The notes beneath the pieces were generated by a model. That model did not search any database and was not told where the DNA came from. It worked only from the letters and a program-made list of their open reading frames with translations. A stretch of 64,000 bases of DNA. It comes from Eledone cirrhosa. Taxonomy: Eukaryota. The stretch lies in NCBI GenBank assembly GCA_964016885.1, contig OZ024740.1:279868001-279932000 (forward strand), written 5' to 3'. This document shows, in pieces, positions 11,401-24,390 of this stretch. The translations under genes were made by a program, and so were the position numbers. Within the stretch, counting starts at the first letter, position 1; every line of letters begins with the position of its first letter.

Positions 11401-14400
11401 GTGCAGACACACATTGCCTGTGTGTGGTGTGATTTTCAAGAAAGGTTGCCCATGCTAAATGCGGAAGCTGAAGTCCACCAGCGAATGGTGTGCTTCGAAG
11501 AAACGAATCACAAAAATGCGAATTTGCCGGCGGAGTTACCTTTTCGATCGTGGGCCGGCCGCCTATGGTCGGATCGATCTGTAATTACTGGTCCATGTGC
11601 AGACACACATTTGCTGTGTGTGGTGTGATTTTCAAGAAAAGCTGCCCATGCTAAATGCGGAAGCTGAAGTCCACCAGCGAATGGTGTGCTTCGAAGAAAC
11701 GAATCACAAAAATGCGAATTTGCCGGCGGAGTTACCTTTTCGAAAGTGGGCTGGCCGCCTGTGGTCGGATCGATCTGTACTTACTGGTATATGTGCAGAC
11801 ACTCATTGGCTGTGTGTGGTGTGATGTTCAAGAAAAGCTGCCCATGCTAAATGCGGAAGCTGAAGTCCACCAGCGAATGGTGTGCTTCGAAGAAACGAAT
11901 CACAAAAATGCGAATTTGCCGGCGGAGTTACCTTTTCGATCGTGGGCCGGCCGCCTATAGTCAGATCGATCTGTAATTAGTGGTCCATGTGCAGACACAG
12001 ATTTGCTGTGTGTGGTGTGATTTTCAAGAAAAACTGCCCATGCTAAATGAGGAAGCTGAAGTCCGGCGTCGAATGGTGTGCTTCGAAGAAAACGAATCAC
12101 AAAAATGACTATTTACCGGCGGAGTTACCTTTTCGATCGTGGGCCGGCCGCCTGTGGTCGGATCGATCTGTAATTACTGGTCCATGTGCAGACACACATT
12201 TGCTGTGTGTGGTGTGATTTTCACGAAACGTTGCCCATGCTAAATGAGGAAGCTGAAGTCCACCAGCGAATGGTGTGCTTCGAAGAAACGAATCACAAAA
12301 ATGCGAATTTGCCGGCGGAGTTACCTTTTCGATCGTGGGCCGGCCGCCTGTGGTCGGATCGATCTGTAATTACTGGTATATGTGCAGACACTCATTGACT
12401 GTGTGTGGAGTGATTTTCAAGAAACGCTGCCCATGCTAAATGCGGAAGCTGAAGTCTACCAGCGAATGGTGTGCTTCGAAGAAACGAATCACAAAAATGC
12501 GAATTTGCCGGCGGAGTTACCTTTCCGATCGTGGGCCGGCCGCCCGTGGTCGGATCGATCTGTAATTACTGGTATATGTGCAGACACTCATTGGCTGTGT
12601 GTGGTGTGATTTTCAAAAAAAGCTGCCCATGCTAAATGAGGAAGCTGAAGTCCACCAGCGAATGGTGTGCTTCGAAGAAACGAATCACAAAAAATGCGAA
12701 TTTGCCGGCGGAGTTACCTTTTCGATCGTGGCCGGCCGCCCGTGGTCGGATCGATTTGTAATTACTGGTGCCTGTGCAGACACTCATCGCCGGTGTGTGG
12801 TGTGATTTTCAAGAAAAACTGCCCATGCTAAATGAGGAAGCTGAAGTCCGGCGGCGAATGGTGTGCTTCGAAGAAAACGAATCACAAAAATGACTATTTA
12901 CCGGCGGAGTTACCTTTTCGATCGTGGGCCGGCCGCCTTTGGTCGGATCAATCTGTAATTACTGGTCCATGTGCAGACACACATTTGCTGTGTGTGGTGT
13001 GATTTTCACGAAACGTTGCCCATGCTAAATGCAGAAGCTGAAGTCCACCAGCGAATGGTGTGCTTCGAAGAAACGAATCACAAAAATGCGAATTTGCCGG
13101 CGGAGTTACCTTTTCGATCGTGGGCCGGCCGCCTGTGGTCGGATCGATCTGTAATTACTGGTCCATGTGCAGACACACATTTGCTGTGTGTGGTGTGATT
13201 TTCAAGAAAAGCTGCCCATGCTAAATGCGGAAGCTGAAGTCTACCAGCGAATGGTGTGCTTCGAAGAAACGAATCACAAAAATGCGAATTTGCCAGCGGA
13301 GTTACCTTTTCGATCGTGGGCCGGCCGCCTGTGGTCGGATCGATCTGTAATTAGTGGTATATGTGCAGACACTCATTGGCTATGTGTGGTGTGATTTTCA
13401 AGAAAAGCTGCCCATGCTAAATGCGGAAGCTGAAGTCCACCAGCGAATGGTGTGCTTCGAAGAAACGAATCACAAAAATGCGAATTTGCCGGCGGAGTTA
13501 CCTTTTCGATCGTGGGCCGGCCGCCTGTGGTCGGATCGATCTGTAATTACTGGTATATGTGTAGACACTCATTGACTGTGTGTGGTGTGATTTTCAAGAA
13601 ACGCTGCCCATGCTAAATGCGGAAGCTGAAGTCTACCAGCGAATGGTGTGCTTCGAAGAAACGAATCACAAAAATGCGAATTTGCCGTCGGAGTTACCTT
13701 TTCGATCGTGGGCCGGCCGCCTATAGGCAGATCGATCTGTAATTACTGGTCCATGTGCAGACACAGATTTGCTGTGTGTGGTGTGATTTTCAAGAATAAC
13801 TGCCCATGCTAAATGAGGAAGCTGAAGTCCGGCGTCGAATGGTGTGCTTCGAAGAAAACGAATCACAAAAATGACTATTTACCGGCGGAGTTACCTTTTC
13901 GATCGTGGGCCGGCCGCCTTTGGTCGGATCAATCTGTAATTACTGGTCCATGTGCAGACACACATTTGCTGTGTGTGGTGTGATTTTCACGAAACGCTGC
14001 CCATGCTAAATGCGGAAGCTGAAGTCTACCAGCGAATGGTGTGCTTCGAAGAAACGAATCACAAAAATGCGAATTTGCCGGCGGAGTTACCTTTTCGATC
14101 GTGGGCCGGCCGCCCGTGGTCGGATCGATCTGTAATTACTGGTACATGTGCAGACACTCATTGACTGTGTGTGGTGTGATTTTCAAGAAAAGCTGCCCAT
14201 GCTAAATGCGGAAGCTGAAGACCACCAGCGAATGGTGTGCTTCGAAGAAACGAATCACAAAAATGCGAATTTGCCGGCGGAGTTACCTTTTCGATCGTGG
14301 GCCGGCCGCCCGTGGTCGGATCGATCTGTAATTACTGGTATATGTGCAGACACTCATTGGCTGTGTGTGGTGTGATTTTCAAGAAAAGCTGCCCATGCTA

Positions 14401-17400
14401 AATGCGGAAGCTGAAGTCCACCAGCGAATGGTGTGCTTCGAAGAAACGAATCACAAAAATGCGAATTTGCCGGCGGAGTTACCTTTTCGAAAGTGGGCCG
14501 GCCGCCTGTGGTCGGATCGATCTGTACTTACTGGTATATGTGCAGACACTCATTGGCTGTGTGTGGTGTGATTTTCAAGAAAAGCTGCCCATGCTAAATG
14601 AGGAAGCTGAAGTCCACCAGCGAATGGTGTGCTTCGAAGAAACGAATCACAAAAATGCGAATTTGCCGGCGGAGTTACCTTTTCGATCGTGGGCCGGCCG
14701 CCCGTGGTCGGATCGATCTGTAATTACTGGTATATGTGCAGACACTCATTGGCTGTGTGTGGTGTGATGTTCAAGAAAAGCTGCCCATGCTAAATGCGGA
14801 AGCTGAAGTCCACCAGCGAATGGTGTGCTTCGAAGAAACGAATCACAAAAATGCGAATTTGCCGGCGGAGTTACCTTTTCGATCGTGGGCCGGCCGCCTA
14901 TGGTCGGATCGATCTGTAATTACTGGTCCATGTGCAGACACACATTTGCTGTGTGTGGTGTGATTTTCAAGAAAAGCTGCCCATGCTAAATGCGGAAGCT
15001 GAAGTCTACCAGCGAATGGTGTGCTTCGAAGAAACGAATCACAAAAATGCGAATTTGCCAGCGGAGTTACCTTTTCGATCGTGGGCCGGCCGCCTGTGGT
15101 CGGATCGATCTGTAATTAGTGGTATATGTGCAGACACTCATTGGCTGTGTGTGGTGTGATTTTCAAGAAAGGCTGCCCATGCTAAATGCGGAAGCTGAAG
15201 TCCACCAGCGAATGGTGTGCTTCGAAGAAACGAATCACAAAAATGCGAATTTGCCGGCGGAGTTACCTTTTCGATCGTGGGCCGGCCGCCTGTGGTCGGA
15301 TCGATCTGTAATTACTGGTATATGTGTAGACACTCATTGACTGTGTGTGGTGTGATTTTCAAGAAACGCTGCCCATGCTAAATGCGGAAGCTGAAGTCTA
15401 CCAGCGAATGGTGTGCTTCGAAGAAACGAATCACAAAAATGCGAATTTGCCGGCGGAGTTAATTTTTCGATCGTGGGCCGGCCGCCCGTGGTCGGATCGA
15501 TCTGTAATTACTGGTACATGTGCAGACACTCATTGACTGTGTGTGGTGTGATTTTCAAGAAAAGCTGCCCATGCTAAATGCGGAAGCTGAAGACCACCAG
15601 CGAATTGTGTGCTTCGAAGAAACGAATCACAAAAATGCGAATTTGCCGGCGGAGTTACCTTTTCGATCGTGGGCCGGCCGCCCGTGGTCGGATCGATCTG
15701 TAATTACTGGTATATGTGCAGACACTCATTGGCTGTGTGTGGTGTGATTTTCAAGAAAAGCTGCCCATGCTAAATGAGGAAGCTGAAGTCCACCAGCGAA
15801 TGGTGTGCTTCGAAGAAACGAATCACAAAAATGCGAATTTGCCGGCGGAGTAACCTTTTCGATCCTGGCCGGCCGCCCGTGGTCGGATCGATTTGTAATT
15901 ACTGGTACATGTGCAGACACACATTGCCTGTGTGTGGTGTGATTTTCAAGAAAGGTTGCCCATGCTAAATGCGGAAGCTGAAGTCCACCAGCGAATGGTG
16001 TGCTTCGAAGAAACGAATCACAAAAATGCGAATTTGCCGGCGGAGTTACCTTTTCGATCGTGGGCCGGCCGCCTATGGTCGGATCGATCTGTAATTACTG
16101 GTCCATGTGCAGACACAGATTTGCTGTGTGTGGTGTGATTTTCAAGAAAAGCTGCCCATGCTAAATGCGGAAGCTGAAGTCCACCAGCGAATGGTGTGCT
16201 TCGAAGAAACGAATCACAAAAATGCGAATTTGCCGGCGGAGTTACCTTTTCGAAAGTGGGCCGGCCGCCTGAGGTCGGATCGATCTGTACTTACTGGTAT
16301 ATGTGCAGACACTCATTGGCTGTGTGTGGTGTGATTTTCAAGAAAAGCTGCCCATGCTAAATGAGGAAGCTGAAGTCCACCATCGAATGGTGTGCTTCGA
16401 AGAAACGAATCACAAAAATGCGAATTTGCCGGCGGAGTTACCTTTTCATTCGTGGGCCGGCCGCCCGTGGTCGGATCGATCTGTAATTACTGGTATATGT
16501 GCAGACACTCATTGGCTGTGTGTGGTGTGATGTTCAAGAAAAGCTGCCCATGCTAAATGCGGAAGCTGAAGTCCACCAGCGAATGGTGTGCTTCGAAGAA
16601 ACGAATCACAAAAATGCGAATTTGCCGGCGGAGTTACCTTTTCGATCGTGGGCCGGCCGCCTATAGTCAGATCGATCTGTAATTAGTGGTCCATGTGCAG
16701 ACACAGATTTGCTGTGTGTGGTGTGATTTTCAAGAAAAACTGCCCATGCTAAATGAGGAAGCTGAAGTCCGGCGTCGAATGGTGTGCTTCGAAGAAAACG
16801 AATCACAAAAATGACTATTTACCGGCGGAGTTACCTTTTCGATCGTGGGCCGGCCGCCTGTGGTCGGATCGATCTGTAATTACTGGTCCATGTGCAGACA
16901 CACATTTGCTGTGTGTGGTGTGATTTTCACGAAACGTTGCCCATGCTAAATGAGGAAGCTGAAGTCCACCAGCGAATGGTGTGCTTCGAAGAAACGAATC
17001 ACAAAAATGCGAATTTGCCGGCGGAGTTACCTTTTCGATCGTGGGCCGGCCGCCTGTGGTCGGATCGATCTGTAATTACTGGTATATGTGCAGACTCTCA
17101 TTGACTGTGTGTGGTGTGATTTTCAAGAAACGCTGCCCATGCTAAATGCGGAAGCTGAAGTCTACCAGCGAATGGTGTGCTTCGAAGAAACGAATCACAA
17201 AAATGCGAATTTGCCGGCGGAGTAACCTTTTCGATCCTGGCCGGCCGCCCGTGGTCGGATCGATTTGTAATTACTGGTACATGTGCAGACACACATTGCC
17301 TGTGTGTGGTGTGATTTTCAAGAAAGGTTGCCCATGCTAAATGCGGAAGCTGAAGTCCACCAGCGAATGGTGTGCTTCGAAGAAACGAATCACAAAAATG

Positions 17401-20270
17401 CGAATTTGCCGGCGGAGTTACCTTTTCGATCGTGGGCCGGCCGCCTATGGTCGGATCGATCTGTAATTACTGGTCCATGTGCAGACACACATTTGCTGTG
17501 TGTGGTGTGATTTTCAAGAAAAGCTGCCCATGCTAAATGCGGAAGCTGAAGTCCACCAGCGAATGGTGTGCTTCGAAGAAACGAATCACAAAAATGCGAA
17601 TTTGCCGGCGGAGTTACCTTTTCGAAAGTGGGCCGGCCGCCTGTGGTCGGATCGATCTGTACTTACTGGTATATGTGCAGACACTCATTGGCTGTGTGTG
17701 GTGTGATGTTCAAGAAAAGCTGCCCATGCTAAATGCGGAAGCTGAAGTCCACCAGCGAATGGTGTGCTTCGAAGAAACGAATCACAAAAATGCGAATTTG
17801 CCGGCGGAGTTACCTTTTCGATCGTGGGCCGGCCGCCTATAGTCAGATCGATCTGTAATTAGTGGTCCATGTGCAGACACAGATTTGCTGTGTGTGGTGT
17901 GATTTTCAAGAAAAACTGCCCATGCTAAATGAGGAAGCTGAAGTCCGGCGTCGAATGGTGTGCTTCGAAGAAAACGAATCACAAAAATGACTATTTACCG
18001 GCGGAGTTACCTTTTCGATCGTGGGCCGGCCGCCTGTGGTCGGATCGATCTGTAATTACTGGTCCATGTGCAGACACACATTTGCTGTGTGTGGTGTGAT
18101 TTTCACGAAACGTTGCCCATGCTAAATGAGGAAGCTGAAGTCCACCAGCGAATGGTGTGCTTCGAAGAAACGAATCACAAAAATGCGAATTTGCCGGCGG
18201 AGTTACCTTTTCGATCGTGGGCCGGCCGCCTGTGGTCGGATCGATCTGTAATTACTGGTATATGTGCAGACACTCATTGACTGTGTGTGGAGTGATTTTC
18301 AAGAAACGCTGCCCATGCTAAATGCGGAAGCTGAAGTCTACCAGCGAATGGTGTGCTTCGAAGAAACGAATCACAAAAATGCGAATTTGCCGGCGGAGTT
18401 ACCTTTCCGATCGTGGGCCGGCCGCCCGTGGTCGGATCGATCTGTAATTACTGGTATATGTGCAGACACTCATTGGCTGTGTGTGGTGTGATTTTCAAAA
18501 AAAGCTGCCCATGCTAAATGAGGAAGCTGAAGTCCACCAGCGAATGGTGTGCTTCGAAGAAACGAATCACAAAAAATGCGAATTTGCCGGCGGAGTTACC
18601 TTTTCGATCGTGGCCGGCCGCCCGTGGTCGGATCGATTTGTAATTACTGGTGCCTGTGCAGACACTCATCGCCGGTGTGTGGTGTGATTTTCAAGAAAAA
18701 CTGCCCATGCTAAATGAGGAAGCTGAAGTCCGGCGGCGAATGGTGTGCTTCGAAGAAAACGAATCACAAAAATGACTATTTACCGGCGGAGTTACCTTTT
18801 CGATCGTGGGCCGGCCGCCTTTGGTCGGATCAATCTGTAATTACTGGTCCATGTGCAGACACACATTTGCTGTGTGTGGTGTGATTTTCACGAAACGTTG
18901 CCCATGCTAAATGCAGAAGCTGAAGTCCACCAGCGAATGGTGTGCTTCGAAGAAACGAATCACAAAAATGCGAATTTGCCGGCGGAGTTACCTTTTCGAT
19001 CGTGGGCCGGCCGCCTGTGGTCGGATCGATCTGTAATTACTGGTCCATGTGCAGACACACATTTGCTGTGTGTGGTGTGATTTTCAAGAAAAGCTGCCCA
19101 TGCTAAATGCGGAAGCTGAAGTCTACCAGCGAATGGTGTGCTTCGAAGAAACGAATCACAAAAATGCGAATTTGCCAGCGGAGTTACCTTTTCGATCGTG
19201 GGCCGGCCGCCTGTGGTCGGATCGATCTGTAATTAGTGGTATATGTGCAGACACTCATTGGCTATGTGTGGTGTGATTTTCAAGAAAAGCTGCCCATGCT
19301 AAATGCGGAAGCTGAAGTCCACCAGCGAATGGTGTGCTTCGAAGAAACGAATCACAAAAATGCGAATTTGCCGGCGGAGTTACCTTTTCGATCGTGGGCC
19401 GGCCGCCTGTGGTCGGATCGATCTGTAATTACTGGTATATGTGTAGACACTCATTGACTGTGTGTGGTGTGATTTTCAAGAAACGCTGCCCATGCTAAAT
19501 GCGGAAGCTGAAGTCTACCAGCGAATGGTGTGCTTCGAAGAAACGAATCACAAAAATGCGAATTTGCCGGCGGAGTTACCTTTTCGATCGTGGGCCGGCC
19601 GCCTATAGGCAGATCGATCTGTAATTACTGGTCCATGTGCAGACACAGATTTGCTGTGTGTGGTGTGATTTTCAAGAATAACTGCCCATGCTAAATGAGG
19701 AAGCTGAAGTCCGGCGTCGAATGGTGTGCTTCGAAGAAAACGAATCACAAAAATGACTATTTACCGGCGGAGTTACCTTTTCGATCGTGGGCCGGCCGCC
19801 TTTGGTCGGATCAATCTGTAATTACTGGTCCATGTGCAGACACACATTTGCTGTGTGTGGTGTGATTTTCACGAAACGCTGCCCATGCTAAATGCGGAAG
19901 CTGAAGTCTACCAGCGAATGGTGTGCTTCGAAGAAACGAATCACAAAAATGCGAATTTGCCGGCGGAGTTACCTTTTCGATCGTGGGCCGGCCGCCCGTG
20001 GTCGGATCGATCTGTAATTACTGGTACATGTGCAGACACTCATTGACTGTGTGTGGTGTGATTTTCAAGAAAAGCTGCCCATGCTAAATGCGGAAGCTGA
20101 AGACCACCAGCGAATGGTGTGCTTCGAAGAAACGAATCACAAAAATGCGAATTTGCCGGCGGAGTTACCTTTTCGATCGTGGGCCGGCCGCCCGTGGTCG
20201 GATCGATCTGTAATTACTGGTATATGTGCAGACACTCATTGGCTGTGTGTGGTGTGATTTTCAAGAAAAG
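8470..20270. repeat. Tandem block duplication, period 5882 bp (30 monomers)
   Basis: Rare variants are shared at +5882: gaattgtg (monomers 9638/15520), ctgaggtc (10225/16107), caccatcg plus ttcattcg (10421/16303), and the compensated-indel monomer (12578/18460). Confidence 0.92.
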
Positions 20271-23200
20271 CTGCCCATGCTAAATGAGGAAGCTGAAGTC
20301 CACCAGCGAATGGTGTGCTTCGAAGAAACGAATCACAAAAATGCGAATTTGCCGGCGGAGTAACCTTTTCGATCCTGGCCGGCCGCCCGTGGTCGGATCG
20401 ATTTGTAATTACTGGTACATGTGCAGACACACATTGCCTGTGTGTGGTGTGATTTTCAAGAAAGGTTGCCCATGCTAAATGCGGAAGCTGAAGTCCACCA
20501 GCGAATGGTGTGCTTCGAAGAAACGAATCACAAAAATGCGAATTTGCCGGCGGAGTTACCTTTTCGATCGTGGGCCGGCCGCCTATGGTCGGATCGATCT
20601 GTAATTACTGGTCCATGTGCAGACACACATTTGCTGTGTGTGGTGTGATTTTCAAGAAAAGCTGCCCATGCTAAATGCGGAAGCTGAAGTCCACCAGCGA
20701 ATGGTGTGCTTCGAAGAAACGAATCACAAAAATGCGAATTTGCCGGCGGAGTTACCTTTTCGAAAGTGGGCCGGCCGCCTGTGGTCGGATCGATCTGTAC
20801 TTACTGGTATATGTGCAGACACTCATTGGCTGTGTGTGGTGTGATGTTCAAGAAAAGCTGCCCATGCTAAATGCGGAAGCTGAAGTCCACCAGCGAATGG
20901 TGTGCTTCGAAGAAACGAATCACAAAAATGCGAATTTGCCGGCGGAGTTACCTTTTCGATCGTGGGCCGGCCGCCTATAGTCAGATCGATCTGTAATTAG
21001 TGGTCCATGTGCAGACACAGATTTGCTGTGTGTGGTGTGATTTTCAAGAAAAACTGCCCATGCTAAATGAGGAAGCTGAAGTCCGGCGTCGAATGGTGTG
21101 CTTCGAAGAAAACGAATCACAAAAATGACTATTTACCGGCGGAGTTACCTTTTCGATCGTGGGCCGGCCGCCTGTGGTCGGATCGATCTGTAATTACTGG
21201 TCCATGTGCAGACACACATTTGCTGTGTGTGGTGTGATTTTCACGAAACGTTGCCCATGCTAAATGAGGAAGCTGAAGTCCACCAGCGAATGGTGTGCTT
21301 CGAAGAAACGAATCACAAAAATGCGAATTTGCCGGCGGAGTTACCTTTTCGATCGTGGGCCGGCCGCCTGTGGTCGGATCGATCTGTAATTACTGGTATA
21401 TGTGCAGACACTCATTGACTGTGTGTGGAGTGATTTTCAAGAAACGCTGCCCATGCTAAATGAGGAAGCTGAAGTCCGGCGGCGAATGGTGTGCTTCGAA
21501 GAAAACGAATCACAAAAATGACTATTTACCGGCGGAGTTACCTTTTCGATCGTGGGCCGGCCGCCTTTGGTCGGATCAATCTGTAATTACTGGTCCATGT
21601 GCAGACACACATTTGCTGTGTGTGGTGTGATTTTCACGAAACGTTGCCCATGCTAAATGCAGAAGCTGAAGTCCACCAGCGAATGGTGTGCTTCGAAGAA
21701 ACGAATCACAAAAATGCGAATTTGCCGGCGGAGTTACCTTTTCGATCGTGGGCCGGCCGCCTGTGGTCGGATCGATCTGTAATTACTGGTCCATGTGCAG
21801 ACACACATTTGCTGTGTGTGGTGTGATTTTCAAGAAAAGCTGCCCATGCTAAATGCGGAAGCTGAAGTCTACCAGCGAATGGTGTGCTTCGAAGAAACGA
21901 ATCACAAAAATGCGAATTTGCCGGCGGAGTTACCTTTTCGATCGTGGGCCGGCCGCCTGTGGTCGGATCGATCTGTAATTACTGGTATATGTGCAGACAC
22001 TCATTGACTGTGTGTGGAGTGATTTTCAAGAAACGCTGCCCATGCTAAATGAGGAAGCTGAAGTCCGGCGGCGAATGGTGTGCTTCGAAGAAAACGAATC
22101 ACAAAAATGACTATTTACCGGCGGAGTTACCTTTTCGATCGTGGGCCGGCCGCCTTTGGTCGGATCAATCTGTAATTACTGGTCCATGTGCAGACACACA
22201 TTTGCTGTGTGTGGTGTGATTTTCACGAAACGTTGCCCATGCTAAATGCAGAAGCTGAAGTCCACCAGCGAATGGTGTGCTTCGAAGAAACGAATCACAA
22301 AAATGCGAATTTGCCGGCGGAGTTACCTTTTCGATCGTGGGCCGGCCGCCTGTGGTCGGATCGATCTGTAATTACTGGTCCATGTGCAGACACACATTTG
22401 CTGTGTGTGGTGTGATTTTCAAGAAAAGCTGCCCATGCTAAATGCGGAAGCTGAAGTCTACCAGCGAATGGTGTGCTTCGAAGAAACGAATCACAAAAAT
22501 GCGAATTTGCCGGCGGAGTTACCTTTTCGATCGTGGGCCGGCCGCCTATAGGCAGATCGATCTGTAATTACTGGTCCATGTGCAGACACAGATTTGCTGT
22601 GTGTGGTGTGATTTTCAAGAATAACTGCCCATGCTAAATGAGGAAGCTGAAGTCCGGCGTCGAATGGTGTGCTTCGAAGAAAACGAATCACAAAAATGAC
22701 TATTTACCGGCGGAGTTACCTTTTCGATCGTGGGCCGGCCGCCTTTGGTCGGATCAATCTGTAATTACTGGTCCATGTGCAGACACACATTTGCTGTGTG
22801 TGGTGTGATTTTCACGAAACGCTGCCCATGCTAAATGCGGAAGCTGAAGTCTACCAGCGAATGGTGTGCTTCGAAGAAACGAATCACAAAAATGCGAATT
22901 TGCCGGCGGAGTTACCTTTTCGATCGTGGGCCGGCCGCCCGTGGTCGGATCGATCTGTAATTACTGGTACATGTGCAGACACTCATTGACTGTGTGTGGT
23001 GTGATTTTCAAGAAAAGCTGCCCATGCTAAATGCGGAAGCTGAAGACCACCAGCGAATGGTGTGCTTCGAAGAAACGAATCACAAAAATGCGAATTTGCC
23101 GGCGGAGTTACCTTTTCGATCGTGGGCCGGCCGCCCGTGGTCGGATCGATCTGTAATTACTGGTATATGTGCAGACACTCATTGGCTGTGTGTGGTGTGA

Positions 23201-24390
23201 TTTTCAAGAAAAGCTGCCCATGCTAAATGAGGAAGCTGAAGTCCACCAGCGAATGGTGTGCTTCGAAGAAACGAATCACAAAAATGCGAATTTGCCGGCG
23301 GAGTAACCTTTTCGATCCTGGCCGGCCGCCCGTGGTCGGATCGATTTGTAATTACTGGTACATGTGCAGACACACATTGCCTGTGTGTGGTGTGATTTTC
23401 AAGAAAGGTTGCCCATGCTAAATGCGGAAGCTGAAGTCCACCAGCGAATGGTGTGCTTCGAAGAAACGAATCACAAAAATGCGAATTTGCCGGCGGAGTT
23501 ACCTTTTCGATCGTGGGCCGGCCGCCTATGGTCGGATCGATCTGTAATTACTGGTCCATGTGCAGACACACATTTGCTGTGTGTGGTGTGATTTTCAAGA
23601 AAAGCTGCCCATGCTAAATGCGGAAGCTGAAGTCCACCAGCGAATGGTGTGCTTCGAAGAAACGAATCACAAAAATGCGAATTTGCCGGCGGAGTTACCT
23701 TTTCGAAAGTGGGCCGGCCGCCTGTGGTCGGATCGATCTGTACTTACTGGTATATGTGCAGACACTCATTGGCTGTGTGTGGTGTGATGTTCAAGAAAAG
23801 CTGCCCATGCTAAATGCGGAAGCTGAAGTCCACCAGCGAATGGTGTGCTTCGAAGAAACGAATCACAAAAATGCGAATTTGCCGGCGGAGTTACCTTTTC
23901 GATGGTGGGCCGGCCGCCTATAGTCAGATCGATCTGTAATTAGTGGTCCATGTGCAGACACAGATTTGCTGTGTGTGGTGTGATTTTCAAGAAAAACTGC
24001 CCATGCTAAATGAGGAAGCTGAAGTCCGGCGTCGAATGGTGTGCTTCGAAGAAAACGAATCACAAAAATGACTATTTACCGGCGGAGTTACCTTTTCGAT
24101 CGTGGGCCGGCCGCCTGTGGTCGGATCGATCTGTAATTACTGGTCCATGTGCAGACACACATTTGCTGTGTGTGGTGTGATTTTCACGAAACGTTGCCCA
24201 TGCTAAATGAGGAAGCTGAAGTCCACCAGCGAATGGTGTGCTTCGAAGAAACGAATCACAAAAATGCGAATTTGCCGGCGGAGTTACCTTTTCGATCGTG
24301 GGCCGGCCGCCTGTGGTCGGATCGATCTGTAATTACTGGTATATGTGCAGACACTCATTGACTGTGTGTGGAGTGATTTTCAAGAAACGC
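19500..24390. repeat. About 10 monomers repeated at an offset of 2943 bp (15 monomers), separated by a 589-bp trimer duplication
   Basis: Matching monomers at 19548/22491, 20236/23179 and 21206/24149. The trimer is marked by the ggAg variant at 21429/22018 and the ORFs at 21599/22188. Confidence 0.8.
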
